A stretch of 64,000 nucleotides of DNA from positions 33,063 to 97,062 of the forward strand of contig CALHTF010000011.1 in the NCBI GenBank assembly GCA_938038815.1. Direction: 5' to 3'. Position numbers and translations under genes: made by a program. Of the stretch, positions 1 to 11,315 are shown piece after piece. The notes under the pieces were generated by a model that made no database searches, had not been told where the DNA came from, and was given only the letters and a program-made list of their open reading frames with translations. Each line of letters starts with the position of its first letter. The stretch's first letter is position 1. Source of the stretch: an uncultured Acidimicrobiales bacterium. Its GTDB lineage: Bacteria > Actinomycetota > Acidimicrobiia > Acidimicrobiales > SHLQ01.

Positions 1-1168
1 CATCGCTGGCGAGTTGCGCGACGACACGCCGGTGTTCTTCTCCGAAACCCTGGGCTATCTCGTGGTGAACACGATGGACGAGATCGAGCGGATCTTCATG
101 GATCACGAAACGTTCGCCTCGGTAAACGTGCAAGACCCGGTGTTCCCCCTGAGCGACGATGCTCGCCACGTTCTGGCGGTGCCCGACTACAACCCGGTTG
201 CGGTGATGTCGAACCGCCCCGAACCCGACCATGGTGTTATCCGCCGGCACACCCGCGGCGGCTTCTCGAACCGGCGGATGAAAATTCTCGAGCCGTACAT
301 GCGCCAACGCAGCCATACGTTGATCGACGCGATGGAGGCCAACGGGTCGCCGCTCGAGTTCGTGAAGGCCTTTGCTTTTCCGTTGCCAGGCGAGACGGTC
401 TTTCGCTTCATCGGCTTCCCCGAGTCCGACGACGAAATGCTCAAGACCTGGTGCCTCGAACGCAAGGCGTTCTCGTGGGGCAACCCAACCGATGAAGAAC
501 AAGTGCGCATCGCCGAACAGATGGTCAGCTACTGGCGGTATTGCCGCGAGTTCACCGCCAACAAACGCGATAACCGGTCCGACGACTTTGCGTCGGAGCT
601 GTTGACCGCCCTCGACGAAAACCCCGACGAGATGACCTACAACGAGGTCGAGTCGATCATTTACGGGTTGTCGTTCGCCGGGCACGAAGCGGTGACCTCG
701 CTGATTGGCAACAGCTTGGTGACCTTGTTCGAGCATCGGCCGGCGTGGGAGGCGATCTGCGCCGACCCGTCGCTGATTCCCAACGCGATCGACGAGGTGC
801 TGCGCTACAACTCAAGCCAGATCTCGTGGCGGCGGCTGACGACCGCGGCGACCAGCATCGGCGGGTTCGATGTACCGGCCGGTACGCCCATTTTCCTCAA
901 CTTTGCTGCCGCCAACCGCGAGTCGGGTGTCTTCGATAACCCCGACAGCTTCGACATCTACCGGGCCAACGCCAACCGCCACATCTCCTTTGGCAAGGGC
1001 GTGCACTTCTGCCTTGGCGCCCGACTCGCCCGCTTTGAAACCCAAGTAGTGCTCGAGGTGCTGACCGATCGTTTGCCCTCGCTGCGCCGAGCCAACGATG
1101 CCCCGTTGAGCTACTTCCCGAACATCACATTCCGAGGACCACAGACGCTCGACGTCGCATGGGACTAA
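1..1168 (+). CDS. Cytochrome P450 monooxygenase, 5' end cut by window edge
   Basis: Reading frame is open from the window start (track ORF 14..1168). It has the ExxR motif (EVLRY) and the Cys-ligand heme loop FGKGVHFCLGARLAR near the C-terminus. The N-terminal ~30-40 aa typical of P450s are missing. Confidence 0.9.
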   Translation, partial: IAGELRDDTPVFFSETLGYLVVNTMDEIERIFMDHETFASVNVQDPVFPLSDDARHVLAVPDYNPVAVMSNRPEPDHGVIRRHTRGGFSNRRMKILEPYMRQRSHTLIDAMEANGSPLEFVKAFAFPLPGETVFRFIGFPESDDEMLKTWCLERKAFSWGNPTDEEQVRIAEQMVSYWRYCREFTANKRDNRSDDFASELLTALDENPDEMTYNEVESIIYGLSFAGHEAVTSLIGNSLVTLFEHRPAWEAICADPSLIPNAIDEVLRYNSSQISWRRLTTAATSIGGFDVPAGTPIFLNFAAANRESGVFDNPDSFDIYRANANRHISFGKGVHFCLGARLARFETQVVLEVLTDRLPSLRRANDAPLSYFPNITFRGPQTLDVAWD

Positions 1169-1190
1169 CGCACCCGACTAGGAAGGCCCT

Positions 1191-1844
1191 ATGAGCTACT
1201 ACACCGATGCCCAACGCGATGTGCAAGATCGATTCGAATCGAAGCCGCTCGCCGACGCGATGGAGGCCTCGATCATCGCGAACGAACTCGACGAACTTCA
1301 CGTCGCGTTCATAGCTACCCGCGACTTCTTCTTTCTCTCGACGGTTACCTCCGAAGGCGAACCTACGGTTAGCTACAAGGGCGGCGATGTCGGCACGGTC
1401 AAAGTGATCGACAACAAAACCTTGGCGTTCCCCGCCTATGACGGCAACGGCATGTTTCTGTCGCTCGGCAACATCGTCGACACGGCCAAGATCGGGATGT
1501 TGTTTATCGATTTCGAAACGCCTCACCGTGTCCGAGTGCAGGCCACCGCAACGCTGTCGACGAACGACGAACTCATGGGCGAGTACCCGGGGGCGATCGC
1601 TGTCGTTCGGGCCACGGTCGACCAAGTGTTCTTCAACTGTGCCCGGTACATCCATAAACACCAGCGAGTCGAGACGTCGCCCTATGTACCCGACGAGAAC
1701 GGCGAGCAACCGTTTCCGGCGTGGAAACGGATTGACGATTTCCAGGAAGCGCTCCACGAGCGCGATAAAGGTCGAGCCGCCGACGAAGGCGGCGTCATCA
1801 CCGAGCACGAGTATGGCGAGGCCTTGCTCGCCGGCGAATCGTAA
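1191..1844 (+). CDS. Pyridoxamine 5'-phosphate oxidase-family FMN-binding split-barrel protein
   Basis: 217-aa ORF starting 22 nt after the P450 stop. The N-terminal half (FFFLSTVTSEGEPTVSYKGGDVG...LAFPAYDGNGMFLSLGNI) resembles PNPOx-like split beta-barrel proteins. Family-level call only. Confidence 0.6.
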   Translation: MSYYTDAQRDVQDRFESKPLADAMEASIIANELDELHVAFIATRDFFFLSTVTSEGEPTVSYKGGDVGTVKVIDNKTLAFPAYDGNGMFLSLGNIVDTAKIGMLFIDFETPHRVRVQATATLSTNDELMGEYPGAIAVVRATVDQVFFNCARYIHKHQRVETSPYVPDENGEQPFPAWKRIDDFQEALHERDKGRAADEGGVITEHEYGEALLAGES

Positions 1845-1886
1845 GCATCTACAACAGCCCACCACGAACAAAGCAAAAAAGAGCGT

Positions 1887-3317
1887 ATGACCATGTTTGA
1901 ACAGCCCTATCTCGTTGGCGCCACTTGGGCGACTGGCGAGAGTGAATGTCTTCCCGTGCACAATCCGGCAACCGGTGAGGTCATCGGTAGTGTGCACCAC
2001 GGTGGACCCGCCGAGGCTGCCGCCGCGGTTGACGTGGCTGCGCAAGCTCAGCGCGACTGGTCCAAGCGGTCGCCCCGAGAGCGAAGCGAGATATTGCGTC
2101 GGTGCTTCGAGCTGATCAGCTCCGACGCTGGTCTGGCCGATCTGATCACCCTCGAACATGGCAAGCCGCTGTCTGACGCCAAGGGCGAAGTGGCGTACTC
2201 GGCCGAGTTCTTCCGGTGGAACGCCGAAGAAGCGGTGCGCATTTCGGGAACGATGGGTTCGTCGCCGTCGGGCAACAACCGGATTCTGGTTCGGCACCCA
2301 CCGCTCGGTGTGGTGGTCATCGTTACCCCGTGGAACTTCCCCGCCGCCATGATCGCCCGCAAGGTTGCCCCCGCGTTGGCGGCCGGCAATGCCGTGGTGA
2401 TCAAGCCCGCGCCCGAGACCCCGCTCACTGCGCTACGCCTTGGCCAGATCTTGCTCGACGCCGGCGTACCCGAAGGGCTGGTCAACATCATCCCGACCAG
2501 CGACGCAGCATCGTGGTTCGACGCCGCGGTCGAACAGCAGGCGACCCGGATGGTTTCGTTTACCGGCTCGACTGCGGTCGGCCGTTTGTTGTTGGCTCGC
2601 AGCGCCGAACGAGTGTTGAAGGTGGCCATGGAACTCGGTGGCAACGCGCCGTTTGTGGTGTTTGACGACGCCGATATCGAGGCCGCGGTCGAGGGCGCCA
2701 TGGTGGCCAAAATGCGCCACTCCGCTGAAACCTGCACCGCCGCCAACCGGTTCTTTGTGCACCGAGCCGTGCAAGACGAGTTCACCGAAGGGCTCGCCGC
2801 CGCGATGCGCGACGTCGTCGCCGGTCCCGGAAACGATCCCAACAGCACCTGTGGCCCGATGATCACGCCGGTGGCGCAAGGTCGCATCGACGAACTGGTG
2901 AAGGCCTCGGTCGCGTCGGGAGCCTCGGTGGTAACCGGCGGTTCCTCGATAGACGGGGGCGGCTACTTCTATCAACCGACCGTGCTCGCCAATGTGGCCG
3001 GCGACGATCCGGTAACCACCGCCGAGATCTTCGGCCCGGTCGCCCCGGTGATCGGGTTCGATAGCACCGACGAGATGATCGCCATGGCCAACAACACCGA
3101 AGCTGGTTTGGCGGGCTACGTGTACTCGGCCGATCTGGCGCGAGCGTTGTCGACCGCCGAAGCCCTCGAAGTCGGCATGGTCGGCGTAAACCGAGGCGCC
3201 ATGTCGGATCCGGCAGCACCGTTCGGTGGTGTGAAGCAATCGGGTCTCGGCCGAGAAGGCGGAACCGAAGGAATCTACGAGTTCTGCGAAACGCAGTACA
3301 TCGCCGTCAACTGGTAG
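1887..3317 (+). CDS. gabD: NAD(P)-dependent aldehyde dehydrogenase, succinate-semialdehyde dehydrogenase-like
   Basis: 476 aa. ALDH hallmarks are present: VTPWNFP, ELGGNAPFVVFDDAD (catalytic Glu) and the catalytic Cys region ETCTAANRFFV. Overall similarity pattern matches GabD/SSADH. Confidence 0.8.
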   Translation: MTMFEQPYLVGATWATGESECLPVHNPATGEVIGSVHHGGPAEAAAAVDVAAQAQRDWSKRSPRERSEILRRCFELISSDAGLADLITLEHGKPLSDAKGEVAYSAEFFRWNAEEAVRISGTMGSSPSGNNRILVRHPPLGVVVIVTPWNFPAAMIARKVAPALAAGNAVVIKPAPETPLTALRLGQILLDAGVPEGLVNIIPTSDAASWFDAAVEQQATRMVSFTGSTAVGRLLLARSAERVLKVAMELGGNAPFVVFDDADIEAAVEGAMVAKMRHSAETCTAANRFFVHRAVQDEFTEGLAAAMRDVVAGPGNDPNSTCGPMITPVAQGRIDELVKASVASGASVVTGGSSIDGGGYFYQPTVLANVAGDDPVTTAEIFGPVAPVIGFDSTDEMIAMANNTEAGLAGYVYSADLARALSTAEALEVGMVGVNRGAMSDPAAPFGGVKQSGLGREGGTEGIYEFCETQYIAVNW

Positions 3318-4050
3318 GGCGATAGCCGCGAGCTCGGTGGTCGACCGGAATGTAGGCGGGATCATTCGGCGGTTCGCCGGTTGATGAAGTGATGGCGACC
3401 AGGCACACAAACGCGGTGAGTAGACCACCAAAGGTAAACATCATCGCCGGATCTTCAATCACCAGTTTGGGGTGCAACGTAGATACGAGTGGCAGACAGA
3501 GTGCGGCGAAGAACACTCCTGTAGCAGCTGCAAGACCAAGTGCTTCGGAGTTGGTGTCGTTCGTCGAATGTTCCGCCAGCCACAACGCGAGTGCACCTTG
3601 GGCGAGCAGGTAGAAGGCCGAGGGGTCGACGGCGCCCGCCGCGAGGAAATGCAGGTTGAGCACCATCCCCACCGCCAGCCCAAGCGTCATCGACCGCCCG
3701 GTTACCAGACACAGGCCGGCGACCACTTGGCCGATGACTACGGTGATGATTACGGGTGGGGCGAGCGGTCCGACGACGAGTTCGAGAAACGGTTGATACC
3801 ACGCCAACGTTGCGCTGTGATGTTCGGCGACGAAGTCGTCGAGAACTCCGCCGGTCCACCACCGCCAATCGATGAACTTCTCGCTTGCTGCTCGAAGCCA
3901 ACCAAATCCAATGAAGAGTTGGGTCAATATGACCCACGCTGGTAGTCCGGCGAACCGGTCTTCGATCAAGGCTCTGGCCGGTTGAACCCACGCGAGGGTG
4001 GATTCGTGCTGGGCGGGCGTGGGTGGGGGGTTCGTTGTGGGGATGTTCAT
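3307..4050 (-). CDS. Polytopic integral membrane protein, function unknown (possibly DoxX/DoxD-like)
   Basis: 247 aa with several hydrophobic helices (ILTQLFIGFGWL, VVIGQVVAGLCLV, LGLAVGMVLNLHFLAAGA, GVFFAALCLPLV, FGGLLTAFVCLVAI). Its 3' end overlaps the convergent gabD-like gene by 11 nt. Confidence 0.6.
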   Translation of the reverse strand: MNIPTTNPPPTPAQHESTLAWVQPARALIEDRFAGLPAWVILTQLFIGFGWLRAASEKFIDWRWWTGGVLDDFVAEHHSATLAWYQPFLELVVGPLAPPVIITVVIGQVVAGLCLVTGRSMTLGLAVGMVLNLHFLAAGAVDPSAFYLLAQGALALWLAEHSTNDTNSEALGLAAATGVFFAALCLPLVSTLHPKLVIEDPAMMFTFGGLLTAFVCLVAITSSTGEPPNDPAYIPVDHRARGYRPTS

Positions 4051-4115
4051 CTACTCAGCCTCAAGGGGGCGAGTAAGGCCGCGGTTAGGGGTTTGGCAAG
4101 ACGTTGACAAGATCG

Positions 4116-5468
4116 TCATTTGTCGAGTTCGGAAGCCGCCGGGAACGAGAAGCCGATCCGAGCACCACCAAGATGCGAGTCAGTCACCACACAGGAGCCC
4201 CCGTGTTGGTCGACAATCCGGGCAACGATCGCCAGCCCTAAGCCTGATCCGGGCATCGATCGATCTTCGTCGCGCCGATAGAAGCGGTCGAACACTGCCT
4301 GGCGATCGTGTTCAGGAATCCCGGGGCCTGCGTCGTCGACAAACAGAAAGCCAGCGCCGACGTGTACCTCGATGGGTTTGTTGGCCGGGCTGTACTTATG
4401 TGCGTTGTTCAAAAGGTTGGTGACGGCGCGGGTAAGTCCGTCGTGGTCGCCAATCATGCTGGTCGGTGGTCCAACGATCGTGACGTCACGGTTTGTCCGG
4501 TCGACGAATCGGTCCACCGCCTGTTGCGCTAGTGCTACGAGGTCGAGTGGCAGAGGTTGTGCCGGTTCGTGGGCGTCGGTTGCTAGCTCGATGACCTCGG
4601 CCATGACATCGTTGAGTTCGCCGAGTTCGCGCCGAACGCTTGTGAGTGTTTCGTTGCGGGTATCGGAGTCGATATCTCCCGCTCGCAGTAGCCAATCGAC
4701 GTTGGCGGTCACGCTGGTAATCGGGGTGCGGAGCTCATGGGCAGCGTCTTGCACGAGTCGCCGCTGCTGATCTTCGGACCGTTGAAGTGCTTGGAGCATT
4801 TGGTTGAATTCGCGAGCCAGTCGACCGACCTCGTCGTTGCCAGACTCGGGCACGGGTGTGGAGAGGTCGCGAGTTTGTGCGACTTCATCGACGGCCGAAC
4901 TCAGTGCCCGAAGCGGCCGCGTAGTTCGCTGCGCGACGATCCATCCGACGACCCCGGCGAGCAGTGCAACTAGACCAGCAACGACCAACAGCCTGGTCCG
5001 CAATACGTCGAGCAGCCCTGCGGATTCGTCGAGCGATCGGGCGACCTGTATCGCCCCATCGTCACGGGAAAGATGGTCGGTGATGAGGCGGTAGTCGCTG
5101 CCATCGATGGCGACGGTTCGTAGTACGGCCGGTCCGTCCTTGTCGGCCAGCTGACGATCGATTTCGGTGACCGGCAGCGCGATGCCAGTGCTGGAGAGGA
5201 CTCGGCCGTCCGGGTCGAGGTATTGCACCACCGCGTCGGCGCTCACGATGTCGATCAGGTCGTCGTCATTGTCATCTTTGTTGTCGCGTCGATCCGAGCT
5301 GCGACCCCGCCGTCCTTCGTCTATGTCACCTACCCGCTGTTTCAGAAAGGTGTCGACCTCTGCAGTCACTTGCCGATTGGTGGTCAGATACGAGGCGCCG
5401 CCCACCGCGACTGCGGTGAGAGCGGCGACTGTGGCAACCACAAGTGCGAACCGAACGCCGAGGCTCAT
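4116..5468 (-). CDS. Sensor histidine kinase (TM-periplasmic loop-TM-HAMP-HisKA-HATPase_c)
   Basis: H-box HELRTPITS, N-box LLNNAHKYS, G-boxes DDAGPGIP and GSGLGLAIV. I moved the start to the internal ATG at 5468 (MSLGVRFALVV...), 2 nt downstream of the response-regulator stop. The longer track ORF (to 5612) overlaps the regulator gene. Confidence 0.9.
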   Translation of the reverse strand: MSLGVRFALVVATVAALTAVAVGGASYLTTNRQVTAEVDTFLKQRVGDIDEGRRGRSSDRRDNKDDNDDDLIDIVSADAVVQYLDPDGRVLSSTGIALPVTEIDRQLADKDGPAVLRTVAIDGSDYRLITDHLSRDDGAIQVARSLDESAGLLDVLRTRLLVVAGLVALLAGVVGWIVAQRTTRPLRALSSAVDEVAQTRDLSTPVPESGNDEVGRLAREFNQMLQALQRSEDQQRRLVQDAAHELRTPITSVTANVDWLLRAGDIDSDTRNETLTSVRRELGELNDVMAEVIELATDAHEPAQPLPLDLVALAQQAVDRFVDRTNRDVTIVGPPTSMIGDHDGLTRAVTNLLNNAHKYSPANKPIEVHVGAGFLFVDDAGPGIPEHDRQAVFDRFYRRDEDRSMPGSGLGLAIVARIVDQHGGSCVVTDSHLGGARIGFSFPAASELDK

Positions 5469-5470
5469 GA

Positions 5471-6184
5471 CTAGGTCGCCGCTCGAAGCACAAAGCCCAC
5501 GCCACGAACCGTCTCGATGATTCGAGGCGTACCGTCGGCTTCGAGTTTGCGGCGCAGGTACCCGATGTGAACGTCGAGCGACCGCGAGGAGTCGCCGAAG
5601 TCGTAGCCCCACACTCGGTCATAGATGGTCGAACGCTCGAGCACGATCCCGTCATTACGCATGAGCAGCTCGAGAATGGCGAATTCGGTGCGGGTGAGGT
5701 CGATATCGCCGCTGGGTCCGGTGAGTTGGTGTCGCGGGATGTCGAGGGTGAATGGCCCGGCAACCATGCGATCTGCGCCGGAGGTTTCGTTTCGGCGGAG
5801 CAGCGCTCGCACTCGCGCCAATAAGCCTTCAAGCTCGAATGGTTTGACCACGTAGTCGTCGGCACCTGCGTCTAGCCCCTCGACTTGGTCGCGAACCTCG
5901 TGTCGGGCGGTCAGCATGAGGATCGGGGTCCGGTCGCCCTGGGAACGCAAGCGGCGACAGACCTCTAGGCCATCGACGAACGGCATCATCACATCGAGCA
6001 GGATCGCCGCCGGTTGATGCTCTTTCACCGCTTCGAGGGCGGCGGCCCCGTCGTTCGCGGTCACAACGTCGTAGCCCTCGTAGGTGAGGATTCGAACAAG
6101 CGCTTGGCGAATTTCGGCGTCGTCTTCGGCGATCAAGAGACGTGCTGGTGGCGTCGGGCTGGTTGGGCTCGTCTGGCTGGTCAT
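5471..6184 (-). CDS. OmpR/PhoB-family response regulator
   Basis: 237 aa. Receiver domain (LLIAEDD...LLDVMMP...LTA) plus a winged-helix output domain (TRTEFAILELL...IETVRGVGFVL). Confidence 0.92.
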   Translation of the reverse strand: MTSQTSPTSPTPPARLLIAEDDAEIRQALVRILTYEGYDVVTANDGAAALEAVKEHQPAAILLDVMMPFVDGLEVCRRLRSQGDRTPILMLTARHEVRDQVEGLDAGADDYVVKPFELEGLLARVRALLRRNETSGADRMVAGPFTLDIPRHQLTGPSGDIDLTRTEFAILELLMRNDGIVLERSTIYDRVWGYDFGDSSRSLDVHIGYLRRKLEADGTPRIIETVRGVGFVLRAAT

Positions 6185-6219
6185 GGCTACCCAAGTCTAG
6201 GAGTGGTCGTTGCCCCAAA

Positions 6220-6248
6220 CTGCGGGACCACCAACGGTGGTCCCGCAG
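6220..6248 (-). terminator. Stem-loop terminator candidate between the secreted-protein gene and the two-component operon
   Basis: Perfect 13-bp stem CTGCGGGACCACC / GGTGGTCCCGCAG with a 3-nt loop. On the minus strand it is followed by TTTGGGG. Confidence 0.55.
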
Positions 6249-6328
6249 CGGGAATCTCCACAACTCAGCGAAGGAATCCGAGTTTGGGGGGAGTGGAGGT
6301 TATGAAATGTCAGGTTTGTTCGTTTGGA

Positions 6329-6880
6329 CTAGACCTCGTCACCGTCCTCGACACCGTTCACCCGATCGCTGGTGCGGGCTTCGACATCGGCCAGCTTCTC
6401 GTCAGCTTCCTCTTGGGTGATTCGGCCTTCGGCGACCTTTTCGGCGATGCGTTCTTCCTTTGCGTCGACCATGGCGTCGACTACGTCGTCAGCCGATACG
6501 CCGTTTTGCTCGGCTACCTCGGCGATGGTGGCGCCATCGTCGATCGCTGCCTTGAGGTCTGCTTCTTCGATGCCGATCGCTTCGGCGGCTGCTTCGAGGT
6601 TGCATCCTCCGCGGTGGCCTCGACGGCTGCGGCGGTCCTCGTTTTCGCCCTGGGTTTCACCCTCGGACTCCTCGACCTGAATCTGAATGATCGGCGCTTC
6701 GTCCTGGAAGGTGGAGTTGGTTTCGACCGATTCGACCGTTTCAACCGTTGCCGAAGTGTTGGCTTCTCCGCCTCCGTAGCCCTGGGCTGCGACTGCTGAG
6801 GTTGCGGTGAGTCCGCCGAGCGAAAGACCAGCGATCGTGGCGATGGTCAAAAGCTGCTTGTGCTTGTTGGTGATACTCAT
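6329..6880 (-). CDS. Secreted acidic protein of unknown function
   Basis: 183 aa. N-terminal signal peptide (LLTIATIAGLSLGGLTATSAVAAQG), then a very acidic Glu/Asp/Ala-rich, probably helical C-terminal half. No family recognised. Confidence 0.6.
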   Translation of the reverse strand: MSITNKHKQLLTIATIAGLSLGGLTATSAVAAQGYGGGEANTSATVETVESVETNSTFQDEAPIIQIQVEESEGETQGENEDRRSRRGHRGGCNLEAAAEAIGIEEADLKAAIDDGATIAEVAEQNGVSADDVVDAMVDAKEERIAEKVAEGRITQEEADEKLADVEARTSDRVNGVEDGDEV

Positions 6881-7077
6881 AGTGTCTTCTTTCTTTCCCT
6901 CCTAGGAGGGGGTTGGGGGTTGGTGTTGCTTGACAAGAACCACTCTGAACCTCACGTTGCAACGCTTTGACAGGCAACTAGCAAGACTTTGACAAGTTCG
7001 AAAAACGCTGCAGGAGCGACAAATTTCGGACATTTTTTCGCCGCGCCGGAATACCTGAGTGGTGCTTTGTCGTTAAA

Positions 7078-7098
7078 CTTGATAACACCACACTCAAC
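7078..7098 (+). promoter_or_regulatory. HAIR-like HspR operator candidate overlapping a TTGATA -35-like hexamer upstream of dnaK
   Basis: CTTGATA-N7-ACTCAAC compared with the published HAIR consensus CTTGAGT-N7-ACTCAAG (11/14 half-site positions). It lies about 165-185 nt upstream of the dnaK ATG in the most AT-rich part of the intergenic region. Confidence 0.5.
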
Positions 7099-7262
7099 TA
7101 TCCTTATAAACCCCTCATTCCGACCGTAGATAGTCCGATATGACGAGTACAGTCGGGGTTTCACAAGTCTCACACCCCCTACCAACATCCGCCGATCTAC
7201 CCCCTGAAACACGTCTTTGGCTCAGCTGAACCTGGGCCGCAACGAAAGAGAGATACATCACG

Positions 7263-9113
<1,851 letters not shown>

Positions 9114-9118
9114 ACATA

Positions 9119-9703
9119 GTGTCCGACAACCCCGAACCAGCGGGCGGCGAAGACCCGCCCGCCGAGGCGGCTGAGCCTGCTCAGCCCGCCCCCGAACCTG
9201 AAGCCCCGGTCGGCGACCAAGCGGTCGCCGACCCGGCGGCGGCTCCCGCCGACGAGGCTTCAGCCGAACCCATGAGTGTTGAGGACTTGATCGTCAACCT
9301 CGAAAAGGTCACCGAAGAACGCGACCAGTACATGCGGGTTGCCGCCGAGTACTCGAACTTTCGCAAGCAATCCGACAAGCGACAAGGCGATATGGCTCGC
9401 CAGGCCGCAGCCAGCACGGTCGAACGACTACTGCCGGTGCTCGATGCCTGCGACGGTGCGATGCTCCAAGGTGCCGCCGACGTCGCGCCAATCCACAAGC
9501 TGCTGCTTGAGACGCTCACCGCACTCGGGCTTGCCCCGATCGGAACCGCGGGCGAACCGTTCGACCCCAACCGTCACGAGGCAGTAATGACCGAACCCGC
9601 CGCCGAAGGCGACGAGGGTCAGGTTGTGGCCGAGGTGCTCCGTGCTGGGTACGCCTTTAACGAGCGCACCCTGCGGGCCGCCATGGTCAAGGTCCGCGGC
9701 TAA
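9119..9703 (+). CDS. grpE: Nucleotide exchange factor GrpE
   Basis: 194 aa, GTG start 5 nt after dnaK. GrpE core: YMRVAAEYSNFRKQ...FDPNRHEAV...GYAFNERTLRAAMVKV. Confidence 0.95.
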   Translation: MSDNPEPAGGEDPPAEAAEPAQPAPEPEAPVGDQAVADPAAAPADEASAEPMSVEDLIVNLEKVTEERDQYMRVAAEYSNFRKQSDKRQGDMARQAAASTVERLLPVLDACDGAMLQGAADVAPIHKLLLETLTALGLAPIGTAGEPFDPNRHEAVMTEPAAEGDEGQVVAEVLRAGYAFNERTLRAAMVKVRG

Positions 9704-9774
9704 CGCCACCCAACGACATCCCCCCCAATCAATCCCCCACCGCACATCTCAGTACAAGCCCAAGGAGGTGAGAG

Positions 9775-10920
9775 ATGACTGCCCAACGCGAATGGCTCGA
9801 CAAGGATTTCTACAAAGTGCTCGGCGTGTCGAAAGACGCGTCGGCCAAAGAGATCAAGAGCGAGTACCGAAAGCTGTCCCGCAAGTATCACCCCGACGCC
9901 AACCCCGATAATCCCAAAGCCGAAGATCGATTCAAGGAGATTTCGGCCGCCTACGACGTGCTCGGCGACGAAACCAAGCGCAAGGAATACGACGATATCC
10001 GACGCCTCGGTCCGCTGGGCGGTGCCTTTGGTGGTGGCGGTGGGCCAGGCCCCGGCGCGGGCGGTTTTAACTTCGATCCTTCCGGGGTTGGTGACATTGG
10101 CGACTTACTCGGCGGCTTGTTCGGTCGGGGTGGCGCTGGTCGTCAACAAGGACGTCAACGAGGTGCCGGGTCGGCGCAAAAAGGTCGCGACCTCGAGACC
10201 ACCTTGCACCTCTCGTTTGAAGACGCGGTGCACGGCATCACCACGGCGGTGAACCTGGTGAGCGAAGCCCAGTGCGAAACCTGTCGCGGCTCGGGCTCCA
10301 AGCCGGGCAGCCGGGCGAGTGCCTGCGGCCAGTGTCATGGCCAAGGCGTGGTCGACGACAACCAAGGCATGTTCTCGTTCAGTCGACCGTGCCCGATGTG
10401 CAGCGGCCGCGGGGTGCTCATCACCGATCCGTGTAACGACTGCTCGGGCAACGGAACCACCCGCCGGCCTCGCGACATCAAGGTCCGCATTCCGGCCGGG
10501 GTAAAGAACGGCCAACGCATCAAGGTCAAAGGCCGCGGCGAACCGGGCGCGTTCGGGGGCCCTGCGGGCGACCTGTTTGTGGTCATCGACGTGGCGGCCC
10601 ACGGCCTATTCGGTCGCAAGGCAAAGCACCTCACCATCAACGCGCCGGTCACGTTCGCCGAGGCGGCGCTGGGCACCAAGATCACCGTGCCGACCCTTGA
10701 GGGCGACACCGTCACGCTCAAGGTTCCCGCCGGGACCAAGACCGGCCAGACCTTTCGGGTCAAGGGCCGAGGCGTGAAGTCGAAGAAGTCGACGGGCGAT
10801 CTGCTCGTCACCGTCGAAGTCGATGTTCCTGCCGAGCTCACCGACAAACAACGCGAGGCGCTCGAGGCATACGCAGCTGCCACCTCGGATTCACCGAGAG
10901 CGCACTTCGAGGAGCGCTGA
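9775..10920 (+). CDS. dnaJ: Co-chaperone DnaJ (Hsp40)
   Basis: J-domain with YHPD, a G-rich linker and four CxxCxGxG zinc-finger repeats (CETCRGSG, CGQCHGQG, CPMCSGRG, CNDCSGNG). Confidence 0.97.
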   Translation: MTAQREWLDKDFYKVLGVSKDASAKEIKSEYRKLSRKYHPDANPDNPKAEDRFKEISAAYDVLGDETKRKEYDDIRRLGPLGGAFGGGGGPGPGAGGFNFDPSGVGDIGDLLGGLFGRGGAGRQQGRQRGAGSAQKGRDLETTLHLSFEDAVHGITTAVNLVSEAQCETCRGSGSKPGSRASACGQCHGQGVVDDNQGMFSFSRPCPMCSGRGVLITDPCNDCSGNGTTRRPRDIKVRIPAGVKNGQRIKVKGRGEPGAFGGPAGDLFVVIDVAAHGLFGRKAKHLTINAPVTFAEAALGTKITVPTLEGDTVTLKVPAGTKTGQTFRVKGRGVKSKKSTGDLLVTVEVDVPAELTDKQREALEAYAAATSDSPRAHFEER

Positions 10921-11315
10921 TGGCTAGCTCGCACGCTCCCGGATCCGAGCCTTCCCGCCAGGCCGTGTACGTGATCTCGGTCGCCGCCGAGCTCGCTGGT
11001 TGTCATCCCCAAACCTTGCGGATCTACGAACGCAAAGGTTTGGTGTCGCCGAGCCGAACCGGGGGCGGCAGCCGGCTCTACAGCGACGCCGATATCGCTG
11101 CACTGTCGCGCATCACGAGTCTCACCGCCGATGGCCTCACGTTGGCGGGGGTAAAGCGGGTGCTCGAACTTGAGGCCCAGGTCGCCAAATTGCAGGCCCA
11201 ACTCAGCCATTTGGAGACCGAGGCAACCAACGCCCTCAAGGCGGCAAAACGCGAGCACCGGCGCGATCTGGTGCCCCTTAGCCAAGAGATCACCCTGTAC
11301 CGCAAGCGACGTTAG
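10920..11315 (+). CDS. hspR: MerR-family heat-shock repressor HspR
   Basis: 131 aa. MerR HTH ([31 protein letters not shown]...RLYSDADI). The start overlaps the dnaJ stop (TGATG). The position after dnaJ is the classic actinobacterial arrangement. Confidence 0.9.
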   Translation: MASSHAPGSEPSRQAVYVISVAAELAGCHPQTLRIYERKGLVSPSRTGGGSRLYSDADIAALSRITSLTADGLTLAGVKRVLELEAQVAKLQAQLSHLETEATNALKAAKREHRRDLVPLSQEITLYRKRR

